Assembly (NCBI GenBank): GCA_964423375.1
Contig: CAYREP010000002.1
Coordinates: 1 to 24,179 of the forward strand
DNA: 24,179 bases
From: Candidatus Woesearchaeota archaeon
GTDB taxonomy: Archaea; Nanobdellota; Nanobdellia; Pacearchaeales; GW2011-AR1
Direction of reading: 5' to 3'
The notes under the pieces are model-generated. The model was not told the DNA's origin. It saw only the letters and a list, made by a program, of their open reading frames with translations, and ran no database searches. This document shows, one piece after another, positions 1-7,975 of this stretch. A program made the translations under genes and the position numbers. Each line of letters opens with the position of its first letter. The stretch's first letter is position 1.

Positions 1-16
1 AAAGATTCAGATATAA

Positions 17-742
17 TCAATCGAATTTCTCATCAAACATCCGCTCTTCCTTGAAACCCAGAGCCTTCAATTTCTCTTTCGTCTCCTTTATCATTTCCTT
101 CAATCCGCAAATGTAAAAATTTCCGTCAAAATCCTTAGGAACGTATTTTTCCAAAAAATCCTGCACATGCCCAACATTTCCGGACTTGCCTTCAGGCGTT
201 CTGGGCTGGCTGAAAACATTATGAAATTCAAAATTCTCATGTTTGCCTGAAAGCTCCGAAAATTCTTCATCGTAAAGCGAATCTTTTTCAGTTCTCGCAG
301 ATTTCAGCAGGATAATCCTTCCTTCATGATTTTTGTTTAATGAATCTGTTATCATCCCGACAAACGGCGCAATTCCGACTCCGGAAGCAATAAAAAATAA
401 ATCTTCATCTTTTGATGAATCAATTGTAAATCTCCCGGCAGGACCGAAAAGCTCGACTTCCTGTCCAACTTTCAATCCGCGAATAAATTCTGAAGCAAGT
501 CCGCCAGAGATAAGTTTCGCGCAAAATTCAATTTCCTTATTTTTGCTTTTCTCATCTGAGGCATTCACGATTGAAAAAGGCCGTCTGATTTTCGCGCCGT
601 CCTGCCTTAACACACTAAGAGACAAATACTGCCCCGCCCTGAACTCAAAATCCGAAGGGACTGATAGTTTCAAAAATCTTATATCTTCTCCTTGATTTTT
701 GACATCAAGAACTCTCGATTTGAATATGCTTATCATTTTCAT
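17..742 (-). CDS. FNR-family FAD/NAD(P)H-binding oxidoreductase (ferredoxin-reductase-like, no Fe-S domain)
   Basis: 241-aa ORF. FNR-type motifs seen in the translation: RPFSI (RxYS-type FAD motif), GGLASEF, FIASGVGIAPF (nucleotide-binding GxGxxP) and FYICG near the C-terminus. ATG 742 (alternative ATG 736) lies inside the 3' end of sufC, a 38-nt overlap. Confidence 0.8.
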   Translation of the reverse strand: MKMISIFKSRVLDVKNQGEDIRFLKLSVPSDFEFRAGQYLSLSVLRQDGAKIRRPFSIVNASDEKSKNKEIEFCAKLISGGLASEFIRGLKVGQEVELFGPAGRFTIDSSKDEDLFFIASGVGIAPFVGMITDSLNKNHEGRIILLKSARTEKDSLYDEEFSELSGKHENFEFHNVFSQPRTPEGKSGNVGHVQDFLEKYVPKDFDGNFYICGLKEMIKETKEKLKALGFKEERMFDEKFD

Positions 743-1493
743 TTTCCTTCAGCCAGCCATAACCTTTTTCTTCTATGTGGTCTGCAAAATCGCTGCCTTC
801 CTCCAAAACAATTTTCCCATCCAGCATTATTAAAACTTTATCTGGTTTTATATAATCCAAAATCCTTTTGTAATGCGTGATGATTAAAACGCAGTTTCCT
901 TCATTGGCAAATTTTCTCACCCCGCGCGCAACAGTCCTAAGAGCATCTATGTCAAGGCCGGAATCAGTCTCGTCCAGAATCGCAAGTTTCGGATTTAGGG
1001 TAAGCATCTGTAGTATCTCCGACTTTTTTTTCTCGCCGCCCGAGAATCCCTGATTCAAATACCGATCCAGAAAACTTTCATCCATATCAAGAAGTTTGGC
1101 TTTTTCTTTCAAAAACTCATGAAACTCCAAAACCGATTTCTTCGCTTCAGGTTTTGTTGCATTATATGCCTGCTTGAGGAAATTTGAAAGCGCGACTCCT
1201 TGGATTTCTTTCGGATACTGAAACGACATGAAAACTCTTTTCTTGGCAATTTCATCAGCTTTAAGGCCTGCAAGATTCGCATTTTCAAATAAAATTTCTC
1301 CGGATTCTATTTTATATTTCGGGTTTCCTGTAATTGCATTTGACAAGCTTGTTTTGCCGCTGCCGTTCGGTCCCATCAAAGCATAAACCTTCCCTTTTTC
1401 AAGCTTCATGTTAACGCCTTTCAGAATCTCCTTTTCATTTTCTTCGTCATCAACTATTGAAACTCTTAAGTTCTTAACTTCAAGCAAGCTCAT
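705..1493 (-). CDS. sufC: Fe-S cluster assembly ATPase SufC
   Basis: Walker A GPNGSGKTS, ABC signature FSGGEKKK, Walker B LAILDETDSG, H-loop IITHY, GYGW near the C-terminus. I trimmed the ORF-track start 1523 to ATG 1493, which is preceded by GGGAG. It overlaps the upstream gene by 14 nt. Confidence 0.9.
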   Translation of the reverse strand: MSLLEVKNLRVSIVDDEENEKEILKGVNMKLEKGKVYALMGPNGSGKTSLSNAITGNPKYKIESGEILFENANLAGLKADEIAKKRVFMSFQYPKEIQGVALSNFLKQAYNATKPEAKKSVLEFHEFLKEKAKLLDMDESFLDRYLNQGFSGGEKKKSEILQMLTLNPKLAILDETDSGLDIDALRTVARGVRKFANEGNCVLIITHYKRILDYIKPDKVLIMLDGKIVLEEGSDFADHIEEKGYGWLKENENDKHIQIESS

Positions 1494-1875
1494 TTTTTCT
1501 CCCATTAATAGATTTAATTTCATCGATTTTCTTCAGTGCTTCAAGCGGAAACAGTTCGCAGCCGGTTCTTGTGGAAGAGATTTCAATTCCCAAGAATTTG
1601 TCTATATCTTTTTTCTCAAGGTTTTTCAAATCTTCCAAAGCCATTCCGATAATGTTTTCCATAAGAATCTCTGCAGAAACAGCGCTGACAAAGCACGCCT
1701 TTCCATGGAATTTTGCATCAGCGATTTTTCCATTCTCAACTTTTAATTCTATGAAGATCTCATCGTCGCAGCCCGGGTTTTTCATCCGCGATTCGTGGGT
1801 CTTGCCTTTCAACTCGCCAAAGCATTTCTTTTCCGCGTAAATTTCAAGCAACCTTTCTTTGTATAATGAATTCAT
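1480..1875 (-). CDS. NifU-N / SufU-IscU-like Fe-S scaffold protein
   Basis: Three Cys in scaffold-like contexts: NPGCDDE, GKACFVSAVSAE, RTGCELFP. The ORF-track start 1887 is TTG; I prefer ATG 1875, which lies 5 nt after the sufB stop. Confidence 0.75.
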   Translation of the reverse strand: MNSLYKERLLEIYAEKKCFGELKGKTHESRMKNPGCDDEIFIELKVENGKIADAKFHGKACFVSAVSAEILMENIIGMALEDLKNLEKKDIDKFLGIEISSTRTGCELFPLEALKKIDEIKSINGRKNELA

Positions 1876-1880
1876 AGTAA

Positions 1881-3290
1881 TCAGCAAACTGAATTTTCAA
1901 TCTCCAATTCAATCAATTTATTTAATTCTGCCGCATATTCAAGCGGAAGTTCCTTTATGACCGGCTCTATGAAACCCGCAACTATCATTTTCGTCGCTTC
2001 TTCTTCCGACAAGCCGCGGGACATCAGATAAAAAAGTTGGTCTTCGCCGATTTTTCCGACCGCGGCTTCATGGGCGACTTCAACATCGTTTTCCGAAACT
2101 TCCATGCTTGGGAAAGTTTTTGCCTTGCTTAAATTGTCCATCATCAGCCCATCGCATCTTACAGAAGCTTTTGAATTTTTGTTTCCGGATTTTATCTCAA
2201 CTAAACCCCTGTATGAAGTTATTCCTCCGTCTTTGCTTATGCTCTTGCTTATAACATTGCATTTCGTGTTCGGCGCCAGATGATAAACTTTGCACCCAGT
2301 ATCTTGTTCTTGACCCTTGCCTGCATAAGCAATTCCAATATAATCTGTTCGTGAATTCTCTCCGCGCAAAACGCTGCACGGATATAACATTGTGATCTTG
2401 CTTCCGAGATTTCCGTTCACCCATTCCATTATTCCGTTTTCATGAACTATTGCGCGCTTTGTGTTAAGATTGTAAGTGTTCTTACTCCAGTTTTCTATGC
2501 TTGAATATCTCACTCTTGCATTTTTCAAAACGTGAATTTCAACGCAGCCTGCGTGCAGGGAATTTTCAGAGTAAAGCGGCGCAGAACATCCTTCTATGTA
2601 ATGAACTTCACTGCCTTCATCAGCGATTATCAGAGTGTGTTCAAACTGCCCGCCGCGTCTGGCATTCATTCTGAAATAAGCCTGCAACGGAAGCTCGACT
2701 TTCACGCCTTTTGGAACATAAATGAAAGTCCCGCCGCTCCAGACCGCGCAATGCATCGCAGCGAATTTATGGAGCGCGGGCGAAACGCAGGTTGTCATGA
2801 AATATTTCTTTACAAGTTCCGGATGCTGTTTCACCGCTTCGTCCATATCCAAAAAGACGACACCCTGCGCTTCAAGGTTTTCTTTCAGCCGATGATAGAT
2901 TATTTCAGATTCATATTGCGCCCCCGCGCCAGCCAAGGATTTTCTTTCCGCTTCGGGAATGCCGAGCTTTTCAAAAGTTTTCTTTATGTCTGCGGGAACT
3001 TCACTCCAGCTTTTTGAATTTCGCGAAGCGTTCGGTTTCATGTAAAAATGAATTTCATCAAGATTCAAGTCAGAAAGGTCAGGTCCCCAGGTTGGAACAG
3101 GTTTTTTTTCAAAAAGCCGCAGACCCATAAGCCGCTTCTGCAGCATCCAGTCAGGTTCGCCCTTATCCGCGGAAATTTGCCGAACCAATTCTTCACTTAA
3201 TCCGGGCTCTGATCTGAATTTCAAATCTTCCGGGTTAAAATGATCAAAAGCGCTTCTGTCCAATTCTGCAGAATTTTGCAGGTTTTCCAT
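1881..3290 (-). CDS. sufB: Fe-S cluster assembly protein SufB
   Basis: 469-aa full-length SufB-like translation (blocks FRMNARRGGQFEHTLIIADEGS, HLAPNTKCNVISKSIS, GKIGEDQLFYLMSRGLSEEEA). ATG at 3290. First gene of the minus-strand suf operon. Confidence 0.92.
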   Translation of the reverse strand: MENLQNSAELDRSAFDHFNPEDLKFRSEPGLSEELVRQISADKGEPDWMLQKRLMGLRLFEKKPVPTWGPDLSDLNLDEIHFYMKPNASRNSKSWSEVPADIKKTFEKLGIPEAERKSLAGAGAQYESEIIYHRLKENLEAQGVVFLDMDEAVKQHPELVKKYFMTTCVSPALHKFAAMHCAVWSGGTFIYVPKGVKVELPLQAYFRMNARRGGQFEHTLIIADEGSEVHYIEGCSAPLYSENSLHAGCVEIHVLKNARVRYSSIENWSKNTYNLNTKRAIVHENGIMEWVNGNLGSKITMLYPCSVLRGENSRTDYIGIAYAGKGQEQDTGCKVYHLAPNTKCNVISKSISKDGGITSYRGLVEIKSGNKNSKASVRCDGLMMDNLSKAKTFPSMEVSENDVEVAHEAAVGKIGEDQLFYLMSRGLSEEEATKMIVAGFIEPVIKELPLEYAAELNKLIELEIENSVC

Positions 3291-3294
3291 AAAA

Positions 3295-3323
3295 ATTAAC
3301 CATCGTTAATACTTTTAAGTATT
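3295..3323. promoter_or_regulatory. Two adjacent inverted repeats in the sufB/regulator divergent promoter (candidate operator)
   Basis: ATTAAC-catc-GTTAAT at 3295-3310, and the perfect palindrome AATACTT-TT-AAGTATT at 3308-3323. The second overlaps the A/T-rich TATA-like element about 25 nt upstream of the sufB ATG. A further GTTAAC lies at 3345-3350. Confidence 0.4.
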
Positions 3324-3366
3324 TTGGTCGGGATAAATTTATAAGTTAACTTTGATTTTAACAACC

Positions 3367-3735
3367 ATGAAAAAAGCAATGCCCCAGGAACTTGAAGTAT
3401 GGTACCTCATTCCCGCATTGAGAAAAGAACTCGCGAGAATTTTTGTCGAACAATATGGCCTAAAGCAAAAGCAAGCGGCAAATTGCCTTGGCATAACCGA
3501 AGCTGCAATATCTCAATATCTCAAAGCCAAGAGAGGCAATGAAATAAAATTCTCAGACAAGGCAAAGAAAGAAATTGAAGCCGCTGCAAAAGACGTTGTC
3601 GAACACAAGGGCGACATCATGAATCGGATTTACGAACTTTGCGTTTCAATGCGAAAATCGAAAGCCATGTGCGACTTTCACAGGCTGCAGGACAAACGAA
3701 TCCCAAAGAACTGCGAACTCTGTTTGAAAGATTAA
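3367..3735 (+). CDS. Small HTH transcriptional regulator with C-terminal four-Cys cluster
   Basis: 122 aa from ATG 3367 (track start 3352 is TTG). HTH-like QKQAANCLGITEAAISQYLK. C-terminal C-x9-C-x13-C-x2-C (ELCVSM...AMCDFH...KNCELC). Divergent from sufB across a 76-bp spacer. Confidence 0.7.
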   Translation: MKKAMPQELEVWYLIPALRKELARIFVEQYGLKQKQAANCLGITEAAISQYLKAKRGNEIKFSDKAKKEIEAAAKDVVEHKGDIMNRIYELCVSMRKSKAMCDFHRLQDKRIPKNCELCLKD

Positions 3736-3910
3736 TCTGATTTCAGAAAGAATTTATATCTCCTATTTTTTGTTGGATTGCAAGGAAAACGCAAGCATTT
3801 ATTCCTGACTTTTTCAAAACCTAACTAAATCTCTCATAAATCGTTGGACCCTGCGAATCCGGTTATCAATTTCAAGTCAATCGGCGAGAGAAGCGAGCGC
3901 AATGAAAAAA

Positions 3911-4207
3911 TTAATCTCTGTTCAGATTCTCCTCGGGTTCAAGATCAATCTCGCCGCCTTCAGCTTTCTTGAACTTTTCAATTATGAGGTTAACATCGCG
4001 CAGCATCATCTCTATGATTTCATCATCCATGCCGTGCAATCTTGCGCCGGATTCAAGCGTGTCGTGACTGGAAAAACTGCAGCCAACGCAATGCAATCCA
4101 TAACCCATCAAAATCGGCGTAACTTCAGGATACTTTTCTATGATGTCCATAACAAGCATGTCTTTTGTTGCGAATTCTTTGCCTTTTTCTTCAGGGTCGT
4201 TCTCCAT
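3911..4207 (-). CDS. DUF1858-like redox-disulfide domain protein (CxxC)
   Basis: 98-aa ORF with GLHCVGCSFSSHDTLESGARLHG. This resembles the hybrid-cluster-protein-associated redox disulfide domain as I recall it. It lies antisense to the spurious N-terminal part of ORF 3902-4969. Confidence 0.7.
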   Translation of the reverse strand: MENDPEEKGKEFATKDMLVMDIIEKYPEVTPILMGYGLHCVGCSFSSHDTLESGARLHGMDDEIIEMMLRDVNLIIEKFKKAEGGEIDLEPEENLNRD

Positions 4208-4222
4208 AAAACAACTGTTAAC

Positions 4223-4237
4223 TTTTTATATATAAAA
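4223..4237. promoter_or_regulatory. Palindromic TATA-like element shared by divergent genes
   Basis: TTTTTATATATAAAA; the inner 14 nt are a perfect palindrome. Its centre is about 22-24 nt from both ATG 4253 (nagB, +) and ATG 4207 (DUF1858, -), within a 45-bp intergenic spacer. Confidence 0.45.
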
Positions 4238-4252
4238 CTTCTTGTTCCCTTA

Positions 4253-4969
4253 ATGAAACTATTAGTTTTCAAAACCAAAAAGGAGGCGGTAAAAAAAGCT
4301 GCAGACATTCTTTGCAAGCTTGTCGGAAAAAAGCCTGACGCAGTCTTGGGTCTGGCAACCGGCGGAACAATGATTCCTTTCTATCGCGAACTCGTGAAGC
4401 TTTATCGAAAAGGCAAAATCGATTTTTCAAAAGTTAAAACATTCAACATAGATGAGTTCGCGGGATTGAAGCAAAGAGACAGGAATAGTTATCATTATTA
4501 CATGAACAAATATCTTTTCAGCAAAGTCAACATCCAAAAAAGCAAAATCCATTTTCCGTCCGCATCAGGAAACGAGTATGACAAACAGATAAAAAAAGCT
4601 CATGGTTTGGACTTGTGCATGCTCGGAATCGGAGAGAACGGGCATATCGCGTTCAACGAACCGGGCTCATCGTTCAAAAGTTCGACCCGAAAAATAAAAC
4701 TTACTGAAAACACTCGGCAGGTCGACTCGCGATTTTTCAAATCTCTGTCTGATGTGCCGCGCGCAGCTTACACTGCAGGCATCAAAACTATTTTGAATTC
4801 CAAAAAAATAATCCTTCTCGCTTTCGGTCCGAAGAAAGCGGACGCGATTGCGAAAACAGTGCGCGGAAAAATCTCTGAAGCGGTCCCCGCGTCGGCTCTT
4901 CGCAAACATAAGGACGCAACAGTGATTGTTGATTCGCGCGCTGCCGCGCGCTTGCAAAACAAAAACTGA
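4253..4969 (+). CDS. nagB: Glucosamine-6-phosphate deaminase (NagB family)
   Basis: 238 aa from ATG 4253. Motifs GLATGGT, FNIDEF, GIGENGHIAFNEPGS. The upstream 117 codons of track ORF 3902-4969 are antisense to a better gene and were discarded. Confidence 0.85.
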   Translation: MKLLVFKTKKEAVKKAADILCKLVGKKPDAVLGLATGGTMIPFYRELVKLYRKGKIDFSKVKTFNIDEFAGLKQRDRNSYHYYMNKYLFSKVNIQKSKIHFPSASGNEYDKQIKKAHGLDLCMLGIGENGHIAFNEPGSSFKSSTRKIKLTENTRQVDSRFFKSLSDVPRAAYTAGIKTILNSKKIILLAFGPKKADAIAKTVRGKISEAVPASALRKHKDATVIVDSRAAARLQNKN

Positions 4970-5062
4970 ACTGCAAGTTGTCTCGAACTTCTCAAAGCCC
5001 GCGCGATGAAGCCGCGAGTCGCGCACAATAAAACTTAAATACCTCGCTCGCGATTAATCGTA

Positions 5063-5659
5063 ATGGAAAAGAGCGAAGCGCTTGTCGTTGTTGCGCATCC
5101 GGACGATGAAACAATCTGGATGGGCGGCACGATTTTGAGAAACAAAGACTGGAACTGGACAATTCTTTCGTTGTGCCGCGCGAGCGATGCTGACCGAAAA
5201 CCAAAATTCGACCGTGTCTGCAAAGTTTACAAAGCTAAAGGATTGATTTACGACCTAGACGATGAGGCAATGAAACCTGTTGACGTTGAAGAAATAACAG
5301 AAACCATCAGGAAAGGCCTCGGGAAGAAAGACTTCAATTTCATATTCACTCACGGAAAGAACGGCGAATACGGCCACGTCCGCCATCTCGATGCCCATCG
5401 CGCGGTTGAGTCTATGATAGAACGCGGAGAGCTGAAAGCGGACAAGGTTTATTTCTTCAATTATAAAAAAGGGGACAACGTTCCTTATCCTGAGCTAAAA
5501 GCTCCAAAGCCAATTGAAACCGCGGATTTGGTTTTGCCATTGACGGACAAGGAACTTGAATTAAAGAAAGAGATTGTAAGGGATATTTATGGCTATCCTA
5601 ATGAAAAAGGCTTCGAGCTTATGAGCTGCAATCCCACAGAGAGCTTCAAGTTACGATGA
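5063..5659 (+). CDS. PIG-L / LmbE-family N-acetylglucosaminyl deacetylase
   Basis: 198 aa. AHPDDE metal-binding motif near the N-terminus and a GEYGHVRHLDAH His cluster. ATGA overlap with the following GT4 gene. Confidence 0.85.
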   Translation: MEKSEALVVVAHPDDETIWMGGTILRNKDWNWTILSLCRASDADRKPKFDRVCKVYKAKGLIYDLDDEAMKPVDVEEITETIRKGLGKKDFNFIFTHGKNGEYGHVRHLDAHRAVESMIERGELKADKVYFFNYKKGDNVPYPELKAPKPIETADLVLPLTDKELELKKEIVRDIYGYPNEKGFELMSCNPTESFKLR

Positions 5660-6810
5660 AAGTCCTGCTTCTTTATCCATATCCCGTAGACACGAGCGGA
5701 ATCAGCAATCAAGGGCACGACTTGGCCAAAGGCCTGAAAGCGCTTGGCCATGAGGTCATGTCATGCGACCGCGAAAATAATCTTCAAAAACTTTTCATTT
5801 ACGAATCGTTCAAACCAGATGTTGTAATTGGCGTCGGCTTCTGGAACGACACGCCTGAAGTTGTCATAAGCCCGATGAATCACGATTTGAAGCCGGTTCC
5901 GTGGTTCAACGCGGACGGCTGGGTTGCAAACTATCATCGCGTTTTGAACAGCCTCCCGCTTATTGTCGCAAACAGCAACTGGGTCAAGTCGATTTACATG
6001 CGCGACGGCGTCAAAGGAGACAACATCAGGGTTTGCCCTATCGGTTACGATCCAAAGATTTTTTATCCTGTTCCTGAAGATGATCCGGAAAGAATGAAGC
6101 TTCGGCGCATGCTCGGCGTTGAAGATGATGAAATCATGATATTCACCGCAGGCGGAGATGTCACGAGCAAAGGAGCGCAGGAAATGTTTAAGGCAATTGC
6201 AAAAATTCAGGATAAACTCCCGAAATGGAAATATGTTTTGAAGATTACCGATAATTTCTCTTCGTCTGACCATGGAATGGATGAAGAAAGGCTTATAGAA
6301 GAACTTGGTCTCGAGAAACACAGAATAACTTATCTGCAGGGAGAATATTCTCCGGAATTCATGGCGGATCTTTCAAGAGCTTGCGACATTTACGCCGCGC
6401 CTTCGAGGATTGAAGGTTTCGGAATGATTCAGATGCAATCCTCCGCATGCGGAAAGCCGGTCATATCAATAAATGTCGGCGGGCCTGCAGACACCATCGT
6501 TCATGAAAAAACCGGGTTTTTGGTTGAACCTGAAAAAGAAATAAAACTCACCAGCGAGTGGGCTTACGACTGGATGGGCTTCGAGAACACGCACAAGATT
6601 TATTTTGACCAACCGAAAACGTTTGCTTACAGGGCAAATGTGGACCAACTTGCAGATTATCTTCTGAAACTTGCAACGGACAAAAGCCTCCGCGACCAAA
6701 TGGGAAAGGCAGGCGCGGAACACGCGTTGAAGAACTTTAATTATACTGCCGTAGCGCAGAAGATGATTAGTCTTGTAAACGAGTTTGTTCTGAATAAAAA
6801 AGAAGATTAA
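5656..6810 (+). CDS. GT4-family (GT-B fold) glycosyltransferase
   Basis: 384 aa. N-terminal YPYPVDTSGISNQGHDLAKGLKALGHEV and C-terminal EGFGMIQMQSSACGKPVIS blocks, typical of group-1 glycosyltransferases. No TM segment or signal peptide. Confidence 0.85.
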   Translation: MKVLLLYPYPVDTSGISNQGHDLAKGLKALGHEVMSCDRENNLQKLFIYESFKPDVVIGVGFWNDTPEVVISPMNHDLKPVPWFNADGWVANYHRVLNSLPLIVANSNWVKSIYMRDGVKGDNIRVCPIGYDPKIFYPVPEDDPERMKLRRMLGVEDDEIMIFTAGGDVTSKGAQEMFKAIAKIQDKLPKWKYVLKITDNFSSSDHGMDEERLIEELGLEKHRITYLQGEYSPEFMADLSRACDIYAAPSRIEGFGMIQMQSSACGKPVISINVGGPADTIVHEKTGFLVEPEKEIKLTSEWAYDWMGFENTHKIYFDQPKTFAYRANVDQLADYLLKLATDKSLRDQMGKAGAEHALKNFNYTAVAQKMISLVNEFVLNKKED

Positions 6811-7928
6811 ACCTTTTCTAAAGAATTCATCACATCTTTTAGCATGATTCTTTTTACGGTTGTTACCTTGTCAGCTCCTCCTGAAAATAATAAAAGATAT
6901 CTTTCATTTTCGTCACGGATGAGTCCGGTGGGGAAAACTACATTATTTACGAATCCGATTTTTTCATATTTTTGCCTTGGAACTATTATCGGCTCTTCCG
7001 CTTTTGCTATCAGTTTTCTCGGATTCTTAAGGCTGAACAGCGCAGCGCCCACGGAATAAATAGATGTCGTATTTACAACACTGGAACCAGAAACGACAGT
7101 CGGGGCTCCAAGATCTTTTTCGACAACGCCATGGTAAAGCAAGAGCCAACCTTCTTCAGTCCTTATCGGCGGCGCTCCAGCCCCGATCCTTTCATAATCC
7201 CAATGGCCTTTTTTCGAAAGTTTCAGCGGGCGATTTCTTCCCCAGCTTATCAAATCTTTTGAAGATGCAATCCACATATGGGGCGGCGTGAATTCGAAAC
7301 CGCCTTCAGGCCGGTTAAGGACAAAATAGTTTCCACGCACAGTCTCGGGATATAAAACCACGTCCTTGTTCTGCTCGGGAAAAATTGTTCCTTTTCTTTC
7401 CCAGTTCATACCGTCTTCCGATATTGCGAGCGAGCTCGAGAGATTCTCGTCTCTTGAAAGAGAGACATAGGTCATGGCGTATCTGTCGCCAAGCTTTACA
7501 ATTCTCGGATCCTCAATTCCCAGTTCTCCGTCTCCGGACAATCCGGGAAAAGTCGGTTTATGGTCTATTGATTTTACCTTGAAACCGGTTTTGTCCAGGA
7601 TAACTCTTCTTAGATGAGATATGAAAAAAAGCCTTTTAGTATTATCTGAAAACTGGATATCCACGTCGGTCTTCACAGATACGTCTTTTTTGTAAAATCG
7701 ATCCAGCTTCATTTTGAATTCCTTCTCGCCGTCAAATCTTGGAGCGTGGAAATAATCTTTAGATTCGTTTTTCAGAAGTTTTTCAGTCACGCGAACATAA
7801 AGAGCGATTCTTCCGTCCGGAAGGCGCGTAGCGGCAGGATTGAACGTCCCTATAATTTCAAAATCTTTAGAAGTTGGCTTAATATCCTTGGGTTCAACCA
7901 GCACATCCTCTTTTCTGATTGGGATCAT
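6807..7928 (-). CDS. GH130-family glycoside phosphorylase/hydrolase (PH1107-related glycosidase type)
   Basis: 373 aa. Blocks GTFNPAA, GIEDPRIV, NKDVVLYPE, GAGAPPI, LLYHGV. No signal peptide. Its stop codon overlaps the stop of the convergent GT4 gene (6807-6810). Confidence 0.8.
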   Translation of the reverse strand: MIPIRKEDVLVEPKDIKPTSKDFEIIGTFNPAATRLPDGRIALYVRVTEKLLKNESKDYFHAPRFDGEKEFKMKLDRFYKKDVSVKTDVDIQFSDNTKRLFFISHLRRVILDKTGFKVKSIDHKPTFPGLSGDGELGIEDPRIVKLGDRYAMTYVSLSRDENLSSSLAISEDGMNWERKGTIFPEQNKDVVLYPETVRGNYFVLNRPEGGFEFTPPHMWIASSKDLISWGRNRPLKLSKKGHWDYERIGAGAPPIRTEEGWLLLYHGVVEKDLGAPTVVSGSSVVNTTSIYSVGAALFSLKNPRKLIAKAEEPIIVPRQKYEKIGFVNNVVFPTGLIRDENERYLLLFSGGADKVTTVKRIMLKDVMNSLEKV

Positions 7929-7975
7929 TACAAGAACTGTTAATGGAAGTATAAAAATCTTTGGAACTTAAAATG

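Noticed and set aside
3902-4252. N-terminal 117 codons of the 355-aa plus-strand ORF 3902-4969
   Set aside because: The translation is low-complexity and Phe/His-rich with no homology pattern. It lies exactly antisense to a well-formed DUF1858 CxxC gene. The NagB homology begins only at ATG 4253, right after a TATA-like box.
4667-5223. Cluster of five minus-strand ORFs (62-119 aa) over the nagB 3' end, the nagB/PIG-L spacer and the PIG-L 5' end
   Set aside because: They overlap one another in different frames and are Arg/Ser-rich, a consequence of locally higher GC. They lie antisense to two motif-supported genes.
5761-6321. 186-aa minus-strand ORF
   Set aside because: It is antisense to the GT4 gene and has no recognisable domain.
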